A stretch of DNA of 64,000 bases from Escherichia phage PSD2002: sequence record OK335775.1. The stretch is one strand, 5' to 3'. Positions 33,417 to 42,107 of the stretch are shown piece after piece. The notes beneath the pieces were generated by a model that was not told the DNA's origin, did no database searches, and saw only the letters and a program-made list of their open reading frames with translations. Each line of letters opens with the position of its first letter. The stretch's first letter is position 1. The position numbers and the translations under genes are program-made.

Positions 33417-33703
33417 ATAAAATTGAAATTGAAATCCCGGAACACAATGACGAGAAATCTGCAGAAAAGGCTATATATGCTCTTCTGAATAAAGCGAATA
33501 CCATCGAATATGAATGTGAAGCTATTGCCGATAAGTATGGTATCCAATTCGGTACCGGTGGTTATGGTTCAGGCCGTACATATTATCCTGTCGGTTATGA
33601 ATGCTCCCAGTGGTTTAAAGATGAAATTGAAAACAACGGCGGTGAAGTTGAAAACGGTGTCGTTACAGTTGGTGCTTGGGTCTCCTCTTCGGCAATGTGC
33701 TAA
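33413..33703 (+). CDS. small protein, WxSSxxC-tail family member 1
   Basis: 96 aa ending ...GAWVSSSAMC; ATGA overlap with upstream gene. Confidence 0.55.
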   Translation: MNKIEIEIPEHNDEKSAEKAIYALLNKANTIEYECEAIADKYGIQFGTGGYGSGRTYYPVGYECSQWFKDEIENNGGEVENGVVTVGAWVSSSAMC

Positions 33704-33712
33704 GGAAACGCT

Positions 33713-33994
33713 ATGATGAATGATTACCGTAAAAATAAAGAGCTGGCTGACGCAGTAAATGATATCCATAAAGCTATTCGTCGTGCCGAGGAAATTGCTA
33801 ACAAATATGAGACTCATTTTAATATATACCCTGCTCGCGGTATGGGCGGTGACTATTATTCTCCTGGCGCCCTGAAAGCCGACCTTGCCCACTGGGAAGA
33901 ATACGGTGAAGCTCAGTACGCTATTGTAAACCAACATGATTACACTACCAGCCTAGAAAATGGTGGTTGGGTGTCCTCTTCTTCTGAATGTTAA
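33713..33994 (+). CDS. small protein, WxSSxxC-tail family member 2
   Basis: 93 aa ending ...GGWVSSSSEC; SD AAGGAAA formed by previous gene's Cys-stop codons. Confidence 0.55.
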   Translation: MMNDYRKNKELADAVNDIHKAIRRAEEIANKYETHFNIYPARGMGGDYYSPGALKADLAHWEEYGEAQYAIVNQHDYTTSLENGGWVSSSSEC

Positions 33995-34003
33995 GGAAAT
34001 AAA

Positions 34004-34216
34004 ATGACTATTGATGAAATTGAAAACCAAATCCGTGAATTAGTACGTAAAGGCCAGTCTGTGGCTGACGAAACGGGTGAAGAGTTCCGTGTTTCTGGTC
34101 GTGGAGAATACATTTCTCCAAAGAACCCGGAATATGATGATTACGAATGGGTCCGTGATGACTACGGTATTCCGGAAGGTGAAGGTTTCTGGTTTACATC
34201 CTCTATGTCTTGCTAA
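34004..34216 (+). CDS. small protein, WxSSxxC-tail family member 3
   Basis: 70 aa ending ...GFWFTSSMSC. Confidence 0.55.
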   Translation: MTIDEIENQIRELVRKGQSVADETGEEFRVSGRGEYISPKNPEYDDYEWVRDDYGIPEGEGFWFTSSMSC

Positions 34217-34227
34217 GGTGATAAAAA

Positions 34228-34452
34228 ATGTCTGATATTAATGAATTAGAAAAAGCTGCACTTGAACTGGCTGCACTGTATAAGAAAGTAAAAGATATGG
34301 CTTCTGCTCAAAGTTTTGGTGTTGAGCTCGACGATTATGACGGTGAAGTTCGTCTCGAAGATTGGCTGAATAGCTCGTGTTATGGCGAAGAAGCTGGTCG
34401 CACCTTCGTTGCTCAGGCCGATGGTAAAATCTGGTATCCGAGCTCATGCTAA
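34228..34452 (+). CDS. small protein, WxSSxxC-tail family member 4
   Basis: 74 aa ending ...KIWYPSSC. Confidence 0.55.
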   Translation: MSDINELEKAALELAALYKKVKDMASAQSFGVELDDYDGEVRLEDWLNSSCYGEEAGRTFVAQADGKIWYPSSC

Positions 34453-34673
34453 AATTAAAGAAAAGATACATTCGTAAAATAAATGGTCTTCGCGATTATG
34501 CCAAAGGTTGGCCGTTAAGTATTATTATGGCTGATAGACACCCGCGTTATAATACTGAGATGACTTATTACAAAAAGTACGATTCATATTGTCGGTCTAA
34601 AGCAGGTCGTTTAGATGGTTCTTATGAAGACTATTTCGGTAAAAAACCTACTCGTATTTCGTTAGGAAAATAA
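34446..34673 (+). CDS. hypothetical basic protein
   Basis: 75-aa ORF overlapping end of previous gene. Confidence 0.4.
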   Translation: MLKLKKRYIRKINGLRDYAKGWPLSIIMADRHPRYNTEMTYYKKYDSYCRSKAGRLDGSYEDYFGKKPTRISLGK

Positions 34674-34703
34674 TTTAACCACATGGATGTGGTAGGAGGA
34701 CTT

Positions 34704-35033
34704 ATGCATAAAGATTCAGTATTCAAATATCTTTTGAAAACAAATAAAGAATTCTATATGAATGGACAGGCCTTCTTGTTCGTTCGTGGTAAACGTGAGA
34801 TGTTTTACAAATGCGACCTCTCAATGCACCATCATATGTATCACACCCGCGGTGAGCCTATACTGGGGTTCTCTGGTGACGAGACTAGACACATAGCTAT
34901 GTACTACGACCATTTTAAGCTCAATGATTGTGGTGACAACGCTTTGGTCTGGAATCCATCTTGGTGTCGTTGGGATACGGTAGACAACGATAAATTATTT
35001 TTAGAATATTGCAGAAGCGATGTACAACTCTAA
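34704..35033 (+). CDS. hypothetical protein (His/Cys-rich)
   Basis: Start trimmed to ATG after SD GGAGGA; 109 aa. Confidence 0.45.
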   Translation: MHKDSVFKYLLKTNKEFYMNGQAFLFVRGKREMFYKCDLSMHHHMYHTRGEPILGFSGDETRHIAMYYDHFKLNDCGDNALVWNPSWCRWDTVDNDKLFLEYCRSDVQL

Positions 35034-35076
35034 AAATACGTGTTACTATTACCCTACACAAACATGAGGAGAACAT

Positions 35077-35316
35077 ATGTGGTATTACGCTCCGATGTCC
35101 GATAAGTCTAATGAACCGGTACGCATTACTCGCGCCAAGTTTAAAAAGATTTATGGCTTCTCTTATAAGAAGTCTGATTACGGTGTTCGTTTTGAAGATG
35201 CCCACTGTATCAATGACCCTTATGCTGAAGAAATCTCTAATGAGATAATTCCTATCATTAAGAATAATTCTGATGATATGTGGGAATTGCATAACGATTA
35301 CGTCGCTGAAATTTAA
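35077..35316 (+). CDS. hypothetical protein
   Basis: 79-aa ORF with SD GAGGAG. Confidence 0.45.
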   Translation: MWYYAPMSDKSNEPVRITRAKFKKIYGFSYKKSDYGVRFEDAHCINDPYAEEISNEIIPIIKNNSDDMWELHNDYVAEI

Positions 35317-35335
35317 GTTTACTGAGGAAAATATT

Positions 35336-36295
35336 ATGATGTTAGTTATTGGTTCTCGTGCACTGCACCACGCTGGTTTGATTGAAAGTAAGCATATCGA
35401 AAATTCTGATTGGGATTTCATTGCCGACCAAGGCTCATGGAATCACTTTAAAGCACGTATGTTCGGCGCCCATGTACACGTTGACAATCCTGATGTCCAG
35501 GCTTTTAAATGCATGTACAACGGTAAAGAAACCTATTTTGAAGCATATATCGTTCGTGCTCTGACTAACGTACGAGAAATTACCGGCGAGCTTCAAGACG
35601 AAGATTTCACTTCAAGCTATCGTCTCCTGAAATATGCTGAAAATCATATTAAAAAGGACCGTCTTACTGGTTTCTATTGGGCCACCCTTGATATCTGTCT
35701 GGCTATCAAAACCTCTCATCGTTTCCTTAAGAATAATCCGTTCTTCTTGAAAACTATGTCACACATCAAATACCTTCGTAATAAAGGTATCACCCTTAAC
35801 GAAGAACTCCAGGAAATTATGCTGCAACGTCAAAAAGAAACGTTGAGCTATTCTCACCCTAAATTGGACGTAAACAAATCATCGTTCTTTAATGATACCA
35901 TTTATACGCTGGACCATGACTCTATTCATGAAGCAGTGGCATTGGCAGGGCGCCCTGCATATACCTTTTATATGAAGGAAGGTTCTGAAGTCATGACCTC
36001 TCGTGAGAAGTTCGAGGCTTTGCCTGAAGCTATTAAACTGGCTGGTGTATATGAAGAAACTTGTGTCCTGGCACTAGAACGTTCACAGGTTCCTAATGAC
36101 TTCAATATTTCACCATCATTAAGTTTTTATATGGCTCTTGAGAAAGTGTGTACCTCAATCACTTCAGGTTGGTTCCGCGAGTACGCCTGGGAAAACTACC
36201 AAGCTGTAGTGAATATGTATAAGACTTTAGGTGAAAACGACTACATTGAACGGTTTAAGCGTAACCAACATTTAATTCGTCCTTTCGAAAAATAA
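35336..36295 (+). CDS. hypothetical protein with nucleotidyltransferase-like N-terminal motif and C-terminal R-x5-H
   Basis: 319 aa from MMLVIGSRALHH...NSDWDFIA (GS...DxD pattern); ...ERFKRNQH near C-terminus; assignment by motif only. Confidence 0.5.
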   Translation: MMLVIGSRALHHAGLIESKHIENSDWDFIADQGSWNHFKARMFGAHVHVDNPDVQAFKCMYNGKETYFEAYIVRALTNVREITGELQDEDFTSSYRLLKYAENHIKKDRLTGFYWATLDICLAIKTSHRFLKNNPFFLKTMSHIKYLRNKGITLNEELQEIMLQRQKETLSYSHPKLDVNKSSFFNDTIYTLDHDSIHEAVALAGRPAYTFYMKEGSEVMTSREKFEALPEAIKLAGVYEETCVLALERSQVPNDFNISPSLSFYMALEKVCTSITSGWFREYAWENYQAVVNMYKTLGENDYIERFKRNQHLIRPFEK

Positions 36296-36307
36296 TTGCA
36301 CAAAACA

Positions 36308-36352
36308 GTGTACAAGGTCTATAGGTGTGATACTATAGACCTATCAAAACAA
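36308..36352 (+). promoter_or_regulatory. early promoter cassette (PeSL-like) with 9-bp inverted repeat GGTCTATAG/CTATAGACC
   Basis: GTGTAC -35 variant 36308-36313; TGATACTATAGACCTATCAA; SD GGAGA. Confidence 0.55.
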
Positions 36353-36373
36353 CAGAGTGAAATGGAGAATAAA

Positions 36374-36586
36374 ATGAAACTTTCTAACCAAGCAATCAAC
36401 ATGTTAAACGAAGTTCGTGCAGCTGGTGCTAAATGCCTGATGGTTAACACTCGTGACGGTGACCTTCGTCAAGCATTTGGTGAATTGAAATCTGCTGACC
36501 TGGTTAAATGTTCAGTTGGTATTGGTAACGCACTTCGTGTATCCTTATCCCCTAAAGGTAAAATGTACTTTTTCAACAAAAAGTAA
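36374..36586 (+). CDS. hypothetical small protein
   Basis: ORF from MKLSNQAINML after SD; 70 aa. Confidence 0.5.
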   Translation: MKLSNQAINMLNEVRAAGAKCLMVNTRDGDLRQAFGELKSADLVKCSVGIGNALRVSLSPKGKMYFFNKK

Positions 36587-36600
36587 GTGAGGAAAATATT

Positions 36601-37287
36601 ATGAATAGTTCTAAAGTGTTTAATAGTCAAGCTCGTGCAGTAGGCGGTTTTGCTCATGCAATTAAAAACGACCAGATTAAAAACGAGCCTATGTTCTTTA
36701 ACTGCGATTTGAATTTTGCTTTTGATAATGGCGGCCCAATTACTCGTAGCTTTATCCAAAATCTTCCTGACGATTGGAAAGACTCGGATGTAGTATTTGA
36801 TTCCCGTGTACACATGTTAATGCCTGGCTGGTACCCTGCAATTCCAGGCTTCCACCATGATGATGTACCACGCCCGGATATTCCGGTGGGTCAACACTTT
36901 ATTACCGCAGGGCAACCTGATTATGATAATCCTCGATACCATTCTGAACATATTCTTGGTCTTGTTAACGCTGATGTGTGTCCTACTCATTTTGCAACCG
37001 GAACTGCACAGTTCAGTCAGATTCCTGAAGGCGAACTTATCTATCGCCAGTGGCATAAAGAAGTTCTGGAAAAAATTGAGTCCAATGAATTAACCAAGTG
37101 GAATGCTCCTGACCGCACGTTGCTCCAGTTTGATTGGCAGACATGGCATACAGGTTCTCGTGCAGTAAGTAATGGGTGGCGCTGGTTTGGTCGTGTGTCT
37201 CGTAATACAGACCGTGTTAAAAAGATTACAAATGAAATCCGCGTTAATGCTCAAGTATATCTGGAATTCCCTATGGAGGGCTGGTAA
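36601..37287 (+). CDS. hypothetical protein, possibly 2OG-Fe(II) oxygenase-like (HxD...H)
   Basis: 228 aa; motif GFHHDD followed by downstream His and Arg residues; assignment tentative. Confidence 0.45.
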   Translation: MNSSKVFNSQARAVGGFAHAIKNDQIKNEPMFFNCDLNFAFDNGGPITRSFIQNLPDDWKDSDVVFDSRVHMLMPGWYPAIPGFHHDDVPRPDIPVGQHFITAGQPDYDNPRYHSEHILGLVNADVCPTHFATGTAQFSQIPEGELIYRQWHKEVLEKIESNELTKWNAPDRTLLQFDWQTWHTGSRAVSNGWRWFGRVSRNTDRVKKITNEIRVNAQVYLEFPMEGW

Positions 37288-37874
37288 TGGCCCTTTATGA
37301 ACCTGGTTGTATGGGTATTGATACAAACTTCATCCGTCGGTCGGAAAATGCTGGAATTATTATCCCAAGTGGTGAGAATATGATTATTAAAAAGTCCTGG
37401 CGAAATATCGATGACGGTGATGAAGGAATTTCAGCCAGTACAATAGATTGGTCAGGTTGTACTGCCGAAATGAAACAGCTTTTAATTGAGGAATATAAAA
37501 TGGGCTATATCGTAAACGGCTGGCAAGCGGAACCACATAAAGAACAGACTCCAGACCCATTGATTTGTTATAGCAAAAAATACGGCTTCCGTGCCTGGAG
37601 TGATGAATACGACAAATTGGTGAGTTCTAGATTCTATGTTTGGATGGGTATATTATTTTTCCCACTCCTAGGGTTTTTCCTGACAACAGATAATGACCTG
37701 CCTATTTGTGTATTCGCTTCAGCGATGTCTGCTGCTATCTTAGGTCTTATCGCATCATTTTTATGGACCTCTGTTATCGAAGTACCTTTTCGTATTTCTA
37801 AAGTTAAAAAGGTATATGACGATATCACTAAGAAAAATACATTAAACTCTTTTATTAAGGAATGCCGTAAATGA
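37287..37874 (+). CDS. membrane protein (C-terminal TM helices), C-terminus ...FIKECRK
   Basis: 195 aa; hydrophobic segments VWMGILFFPLLGFFL and AILGLIASFLW. Confidence 0.5.
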   Translation: MALYEPGCMGIDTNFIRRSENAGIIIPSGENMIIKKSWRNIDDGDEGISASTIDWSGCTAEMKQLLIEEYKMGYIVNGWQAEPHKEQTPDPLICYSKKYGFRAWSDEYDKLVSSRFYVWMGILFFPLLGFFLTTDNDLPICVFASAMSAAILGLIASFLWTSVIEVPFRISKVKKVYDDITKKNTLNSFIKECRK

Positions 37875-38107
37875 GCATTGCAATTTATATTAAATCTGAG
37901 TCATGTGATTCTTATCTGTATTCCTATGATACCGGAACATCAGAAGAGAAAATTAAAGAAGACTTAGAAAGCGATATGGATATGTTCTGTCCTATTGGTG
38001 ACTATATGCTTCAAGTGTCTGATAGTGAAAGTCCATCATCAGAAAATAGACTTCAAATTATTATGCAAGATATTTTTAAACAATCATGGGAACGAGACGA
38101 TGAGTAA
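37871..38107 (+). CDS. hypothetical acidic protein
   Basis: 78-aa ORF, ATGA overlap. Confidence 0.45.
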   Translation: MSIAIYIKSESCDSYLYSYDTGTSEEKIKEDLESDMDMFCPIGDYMLQVSDSESPSSENRLQIIMQDIFKQSWERDDE

Positions 38108-38549
38108 GAAAGTGAAAGAACTATCTGCCGGTATTTTATTCATGACCGTTGATAAAGAACTGGTCATGGGCCGTGTAACAGGCTCTCGTAATCCAGAGAA
38201 TATGCGTCATAAATGGGACATTCCTAAGGGTCATGTCGAACCAGGCGAAGAGCCTATTCAAGCGGCAATGCGCGAAACCGAAGAAGAGATTGGATTCACA
38301 GCATACGATCCTGCGTTCCTGAAAGACCTAGGTGAGTTCAAATATTCAAGCAATAAGAATCTACATCTGTTCTTATATACAGTGCCTGTGGAACACGAGC
38401 AGTTCAAGGATTGCAAATGTACGGCTTACCATACGTTCCCTGATGGTCGTACTATTCCTGAATTCGATGCTTTTGCCTTGATTAAACGGCCACAATGGGA
38501 ATATGTCATGGGCCCGTCGATGTTTAAGGTTTTGGATTCACTCTTTTGA
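38100..38549 (+). CDS. nudE: NUDIX hydrolase (NudE-like)
   Basis: Nudix box GHVEPGEEPIQAAMRETEEEIGF; position immediately upstream of e as T4 nudE (e.1). Confidence 0.8.
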   Translation: MSKKVKELSAGILFMTVDKELVMGRVTGSRNPENMRHKWDIPKGHVEPGEEPIQAAMRETEEEIGFTAYDPAFLKDLGEFKYSSNKNLHLFLYTVPVEHEQFKDCKCTAYHTFPDGRTIPEFDAFALIKRPQWEYVMGPSMFKVLDSLF

Positions 38550-38577
38550 TATAAATACCTCCTATACTCAGGAGGTA
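38550..38577 (+). promoter_or_regulatory. late promoter (TATAAATA) overlapping a hairpin that sequesters the gene e ribosome-binding site
   Basis: TATAAATA 38550-38557; stem TACCTCC/GGAGGTA (38556-38562 / 38571-38577) contains the SD; same arrangement as described for T4 gene e. Confidence 0.7.
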
Positions 38578-38579
38578 TT

Positions 38580-39074
38580 ATGGATATTTTTGATATGTTA
38601 CGTCAAGACGAAGGTCTTGATTTAAATCTTTATAAAGACACTGAAGGTTATTGGACTATTGGCATTGGCCAATTGATTACTAAGAACCCTTCTAAAGATG
38701 TTGCTCGTGCTGAACTTGATAAGCTTATGGGTCGAGTTTGTAATGGTCGTATTACTATGGCTGAAGCTGAACAACTCTTTAACCGATCGGTTGAAAATGC
38801 TCGTAGAGCTATTCTGCGTAATCCTAAATTGAAACCTGTTTATGATGTACTGGACGAAGTTCGTCGTTGTGCTTTAATTAACATGGTCTTCCAAATGGGT
38901 GAAGCAGGCGTAGCAGGGTTCACCAACTCTTTACGTATGCTCCAACAGAAACGTTGGAACGATGCGGCAGTTAACCTGGCTCAATCCCGTTGGTATAAAC
39001 AAACTCCTAATCGTGCTAAGCGCGTGATTTCAACATTTAAAACAGGTACTTGGAAAGCATATGAAAACTTATAA
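38580..39074 (+). CDS. e: endolysin (T4 lysozyme)
   Basis: 164 aa; [25 protein letters not shown]...[31 protein letters not shown] matches recalled T4 lysozyme. Confidence 0.95.
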   Translation: MDIFDMLRQDEGLDLNLYKDTEGYWTIGIGQLITKNPSKDVARAELDKLMGRVCNGRITMAEAEQLFNRSVENARRAILRNPKLKPVYDVLDEVRRCALINMVFQMGEAGVAGFTNSLRMLQQKRWNDAAVNLAQSRWYKQTPNRAKRVISTFKTGTWKAYENL

Positions 39075-39459
39075 TGAATTTATCGCAGAGAATGTAATTC
39101 CTGCATCTAAAGAACTTTTGGCGATGTTTGAATCTGAAGAGTTCACTGAAGAACTGAATGAGAACTTGACCCAGGCCACTCCTCAGGTTATTCGCGTTCG
39201 TAATGCCCTTCAGACAGGCATGCAGGCTCGTGTATCTAAGACTATGAAGCTAGCATTCACCACTTCTAAAAATGAAGACTACGGTGATGGTATTGCAATG
39301 AACACTGGACAGTATTATGTTGAGTGGAATGGCGAAACCGGTACTGCTAAGATTCGCCAAACCAGAGCAGCGGGTGGTAAAATGTTGGACATTAAACTGA
39401 ACGTTAAAGAGAAAGACGTCGCGGCTTTGTTCAAGAATTGGATGAAGACCCATAAATAA
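39061..39459 (+). CDS. internal protein with capsid-targeting leader (ipII/ipIII locus)
   Basis: Starts [11 protein letters not shown]; position between e and denV as T4 ipIII/ipII. Confidence 0.65.
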   Translation: MKTYNEFIAENVIPASKELLAMFESEEFTEELNENLTQATPQVIRVRNALQTGMQARVSKTMKLAFTTSKNEDYGDGIAMNTGQYYVEWNGETGTAKIRQTRAAGGKMLDIKLNVKEKDVAALFKNWMKTHK

Positions 39460-39495
39460 GTTTACATCTCCTAGAATTGTGATAGTATATCTACA
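39460..39495 (+). promoter_or_regulatory. early promoter (GTTTAC -35, TGTGATAGTAT -10)
   Basis: GTTTAC 39460-39465, 17-nt spacer, TAGTAT. Confidence 0.5.
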
Positions 39496-39541
39496 GTTAC
39501 TTGAACAGACCAATTAAAATATTTACCTTTAAGGAACCCGT

Positions 39542-40138
39542 ATGAAAACGTATAAAGAATTTATCGCCGAAGCTTCTGTAGGAAAGGTCCAAGGCATTAA
39601 TAAAGATGAGTGGACTTACAAAGGAAACGGCGTTGACAACCCAGGAAACGGTTTTGACGCTAAAACAGCTCCTATTGAACGGTACTTGGCTACAAAAGCT
39701 TCCGACTTTAAAGCTTTCGCCTGGGAAGGACTTCGCTGGCGTAACGACCTAAATATTGAAGCTGATGGACTTAAATTTGCCCATATCCAAGATGTTGTTG
39801 CTAGTAACTTGGACGCAGCTTTTGTTAAAGCTGACGGTGACCTTCGTCGCTGGAATTTAAAACTGTTCTCTAAACAGAAAGGCCCGGTGTTTGTACCTAA
39901 AGCAGGTAAATGGACTATTGATAATAAATTGGCTAAAGCAGTTAACTTCGCCGGTCTTGAATTTGCCAAGCATAAATCCGCATGGAAAGGTCTTGATGCA
40001 ATGACTTTCCGTAAAGAATTTGCTGATGTTATGGTTAAAGGCGGCTTTAAGGCAGAGATAGATACCTCTAAAGGTACGTTTAAAGACGCTAATATTCAGT
40101 ACGCTTACGCCGTTGCTAATGCAGCCCGTGGTAATTAA
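39542..40138 (+). CDS. internal protein with capsid-targeting leader (ipII/ipIII locus)
   Basis: Starts MKTYKEFIAEAS; 198 aa. Confidence 0.65.
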   Translation: MKTYKEFIAEASVGKVQGINKDEWTYKGNGVDNPGNGFDAKTAPIERYLATKASDFKAFAWEGLRWRNDLNIEADGLKFAHIQDVVASNLDAAFVKADGDLRRWNLKLFSKQKGPVFVPKAGKWTIDNKLAKAVNFAGLEFAKHKSAWKGLDAMTFRKEFADVMVKGGFKAEIDTSKGTFKDANIQYAYAVANAARGN

Positions 40139-40162
40139 TAAAGCCTATACTTGATAAAAGTT

Positions 40163-40213
40163 GTTTACATCTCCTGTAGTCATGATACTATAGACCTATC
40201 AACTACAGGAGAT
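40163..40213 (+). promoter_or_regulatory. early promoter cassette (PeSL-like) with 12-bp inverted repeat ATCTCCTGTAGT/ACTACAGGAGAT enclosing the -10
   Basis: GTTTAC 40163-40168; TGATACTATAGACCTATCA; right arm of repeat supplies the SD GGAG for denV. Confidence 0.65.
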
Positions 40214-40218
40214 TAAAA

Positions 40219-40635
40219 ATGACTCGTATCAACCTTACCTTAGTATCTGAATTGGCTGACCAACACTTAATGGCTGAATATCGTGAATTACCACGTGTTT
40301 TCGGTGCAGTTCGTAAGCATGTTGCTAATGGTAAACGTGTCCGTGATTTCAAAATCAGTCCTACTTTTATCCTTGGTACAGGTCATGTTACATTCTTTTA
40401 CGATAAGCTTGAATTTTTACGTAAGCGACAAATTGAGCTTATAGCCGAATGTTTAAAACGTGGTTTTAATATCAAGGATACTACGGTCCAGGACATTAGT
40501 GATATTCCTCAGGAATTCCGTGGCGACTATACTCCACACGAAGCTTCTATTGCTATATCTCAGGCCCGTTTGGACGAAAAAATTGCACAACGCCCTACCT
40601 GGTACAAACATTATGGTAAGGCGATTTATGCATAA
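40219..40635 (+). CDS. denV: endonuclease V (pyrimidine-dimer DNA glycosylase)
   Basis: 138 aa; [50 protein letters not shown]... essentially identical to recalled T4 DenV. Confidence 0.95.
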   Translation: MTRINLTLVSELADQHLMAEYRELPRVFGAVRKHVANGKRVRDFKISPTFILGTGHVTFFYDKLEFLRKRQIELIAECLKRGFNIKDTTVQDISDIPQEFRGDYTPHEASIAISQARLDEKIAQRPTWYKHYGKAIYA

Positions 40636-40776
40636 GGGAGCAACCTGGACCTCATAATTCAGTGAGGGACTCCCGCCAACCTGTAATAAGGTCGAGCCCA
40701 AGTGCGGTAATGGGTAAATGCAGAAAGGGACGAATTATGTGCCAAGGAATGGCCCACAACTTAAAAAGAGACAATT

Positions 40777-41322
40777 ATGAAAACGTTTTTAACCGGTAGT
40801 TATCTATCCCTGATGAATGCTTTTGCAAACCATTCTGATGCTAGAGTAGAACACATTTGTAATAGTGGGTTTTATGTACCCGATTCACAAACCCTGTTTA
40901 AAGAATGCTGCACCTTAAAACTTGATGGTGGGCGCCAATCCGGTAAAACTAAAGCAGTATCCATTTTTGCGTCTGATTGGTTAGCTGATGGCGGCTCTAT
41001 TGTTATTTTGTCTAATTGCGCCGCGTATGCTAATGTTTCGGCTACTGCAATCCGAAAGGAATATTTTAATAACCATACAGAAAGTATTAAGTATCGTTTG
41101 TACACTGATTCTGTTCGTAGTTTTATTGGTAATACTGCATGCAAATTCCGTGGATTATCGCTTTCACGTGTTCTGTATATAATTGATGAGCCTGTTAAAA
41201 CACCCGATATGGATAAGATTTATGATGCCCATATAAAGGCGGTGCAACATTGCTGTCATGCATCATGTGTCGAAACCAATCAAACTGCACGTCCTCTGTT
41301 CTTTGTGATAGGAATGCAATGA
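40777..41322 (+). CDS. small P-loop NTPase
   Basis: Walker A GGRQSGKT and Walker B-like VLYIIDEP; 181 aa. Confidence 0.55.
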   Translation: MKTFLTGSYLSLMNAFANHSDARVEHICNSGFYVPDSQTLFKECCTLKLDGGRQSGKTKAVSIFASDWLADGGSIVILSNCAAYANVSATAIRKEYFNNHTESIKYRLYTDSVRSFIGNTACKFRGLSLSRVLYIIDEPVKTPDMDKIYDAHIKAVQHCCHASCVETNQTARPLFFVIGMQ

Positions 41323-41615
41323 TGACTGATGAAGAACTTTTTGAGTTCTGTTATTTCTCACGTAAGGTCCGAAGAGAGGACCTTACTGCAAATTTCGAGT
41401 ATGCTTATTTCTATCCATTAGAATATGTATTCATGACAGGCCCCTTTAAGGGCTCTCGTTTTAGATGTCATGCACCAAGCATCCGATTAATGAAACAGGT
41501 TCCTTACTTTACTCTGGAATTTATTTCTGGGCCGTGTAAGGGTATTATCACTCGCAGTCTCTTAACTTATGACCAAGAGATTCATATGATTTCTGACTGG
41601 AAAAAATATGTCTAA
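41319..41615 (+). CDS. hypothetical protein
   Basis: ORF from MMTDEELFEF; ATGA-type coupling. Confidence 0.45.
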   Translation: MMTDEELFEFCYFSRKVRREDLTANFEYAYFYPLEYVFMTGPFKGSRFRCHAPSIRLMKQVPYFTLEFISGPCKGIITRSLLTYDQEIHMISDWKKYV

Positions 41616-41826
41616 ATTGACAATTGAAGGCTCTGATGAAGCTCTGAAAAGATTTGTTGAATGGTTTAATGGACCAGGTGAACAAGACTTTCTGGAAGTC
41701 TGGGATGGCGGTCGGTGGAACGGTAAAGAAATGATTTACCCGACTACCTATATCTCCGTGCAAGGTTGGACTGAAGGCCTTCGTTTGGTAGAATATGATA
41801 TCGCAACTGGCGAGGAAGTGAAATGA
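41608..41826 (+). CDS. hypothetical protein
   Basis: 72-aa ORF. Confidence 0.45.
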   Translation: MSKLTIEGSDEALKRFVEWFNGPGEQDFLEVWDGGRWNGKEMIYPTTYISVQGWTEGLRLVEYDIATGEEVK

Positions 41827-42101
41827 TTGAAGATATAAAGGGTTATAAACCACATACCGACGATAAAATCGGTAAAGTGAATGCTATTAAAGATGCCGAA
41901 ATTCGGTTAGGGCTGATGTTTAAAGCTCTGGAAGAAGAACATGTTACTCATTATATGAACTTAGATACCGAAGAGGTTTCTGAACAAGAACTAGACCAGG
42001 CTCATGAACGCATCACCCAGATTCGTAATGCAATTGACCGTCTGAAAGAAGCAAGCATGTGGGCGTGTCGCTCTGTGTTCCAACCGGAAGAAAAGTACTA
42101 A
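41823..42101 (+). CDS. hypothetical helical protein (occupies the vs.3-vs.8 slot)
   Basis: 92-aa ORF between denV and regB. Confidence 0.45.
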   Translation: MIEDIKGYKPHTDDKIGKVNAIKDAEIRLGLMFKALEEEHVTHYMNLDTEEVSEQELDQAHERITQIRNAIDRLKEASMWACRSVFQPEEKY

Positions 42102-42107
42102 AGAGCA

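Noticed and set aside
33413-34452. Explaining the conserved C-terminal tails purely as a repeated nucleotide junction (SD embedded in Cys-stop codons)
   Set aside because: The stop-proximal AAGGA SD is shared, but the W-x-S-S residues are encoded by different codons in each copy, so conservation is at protein level.
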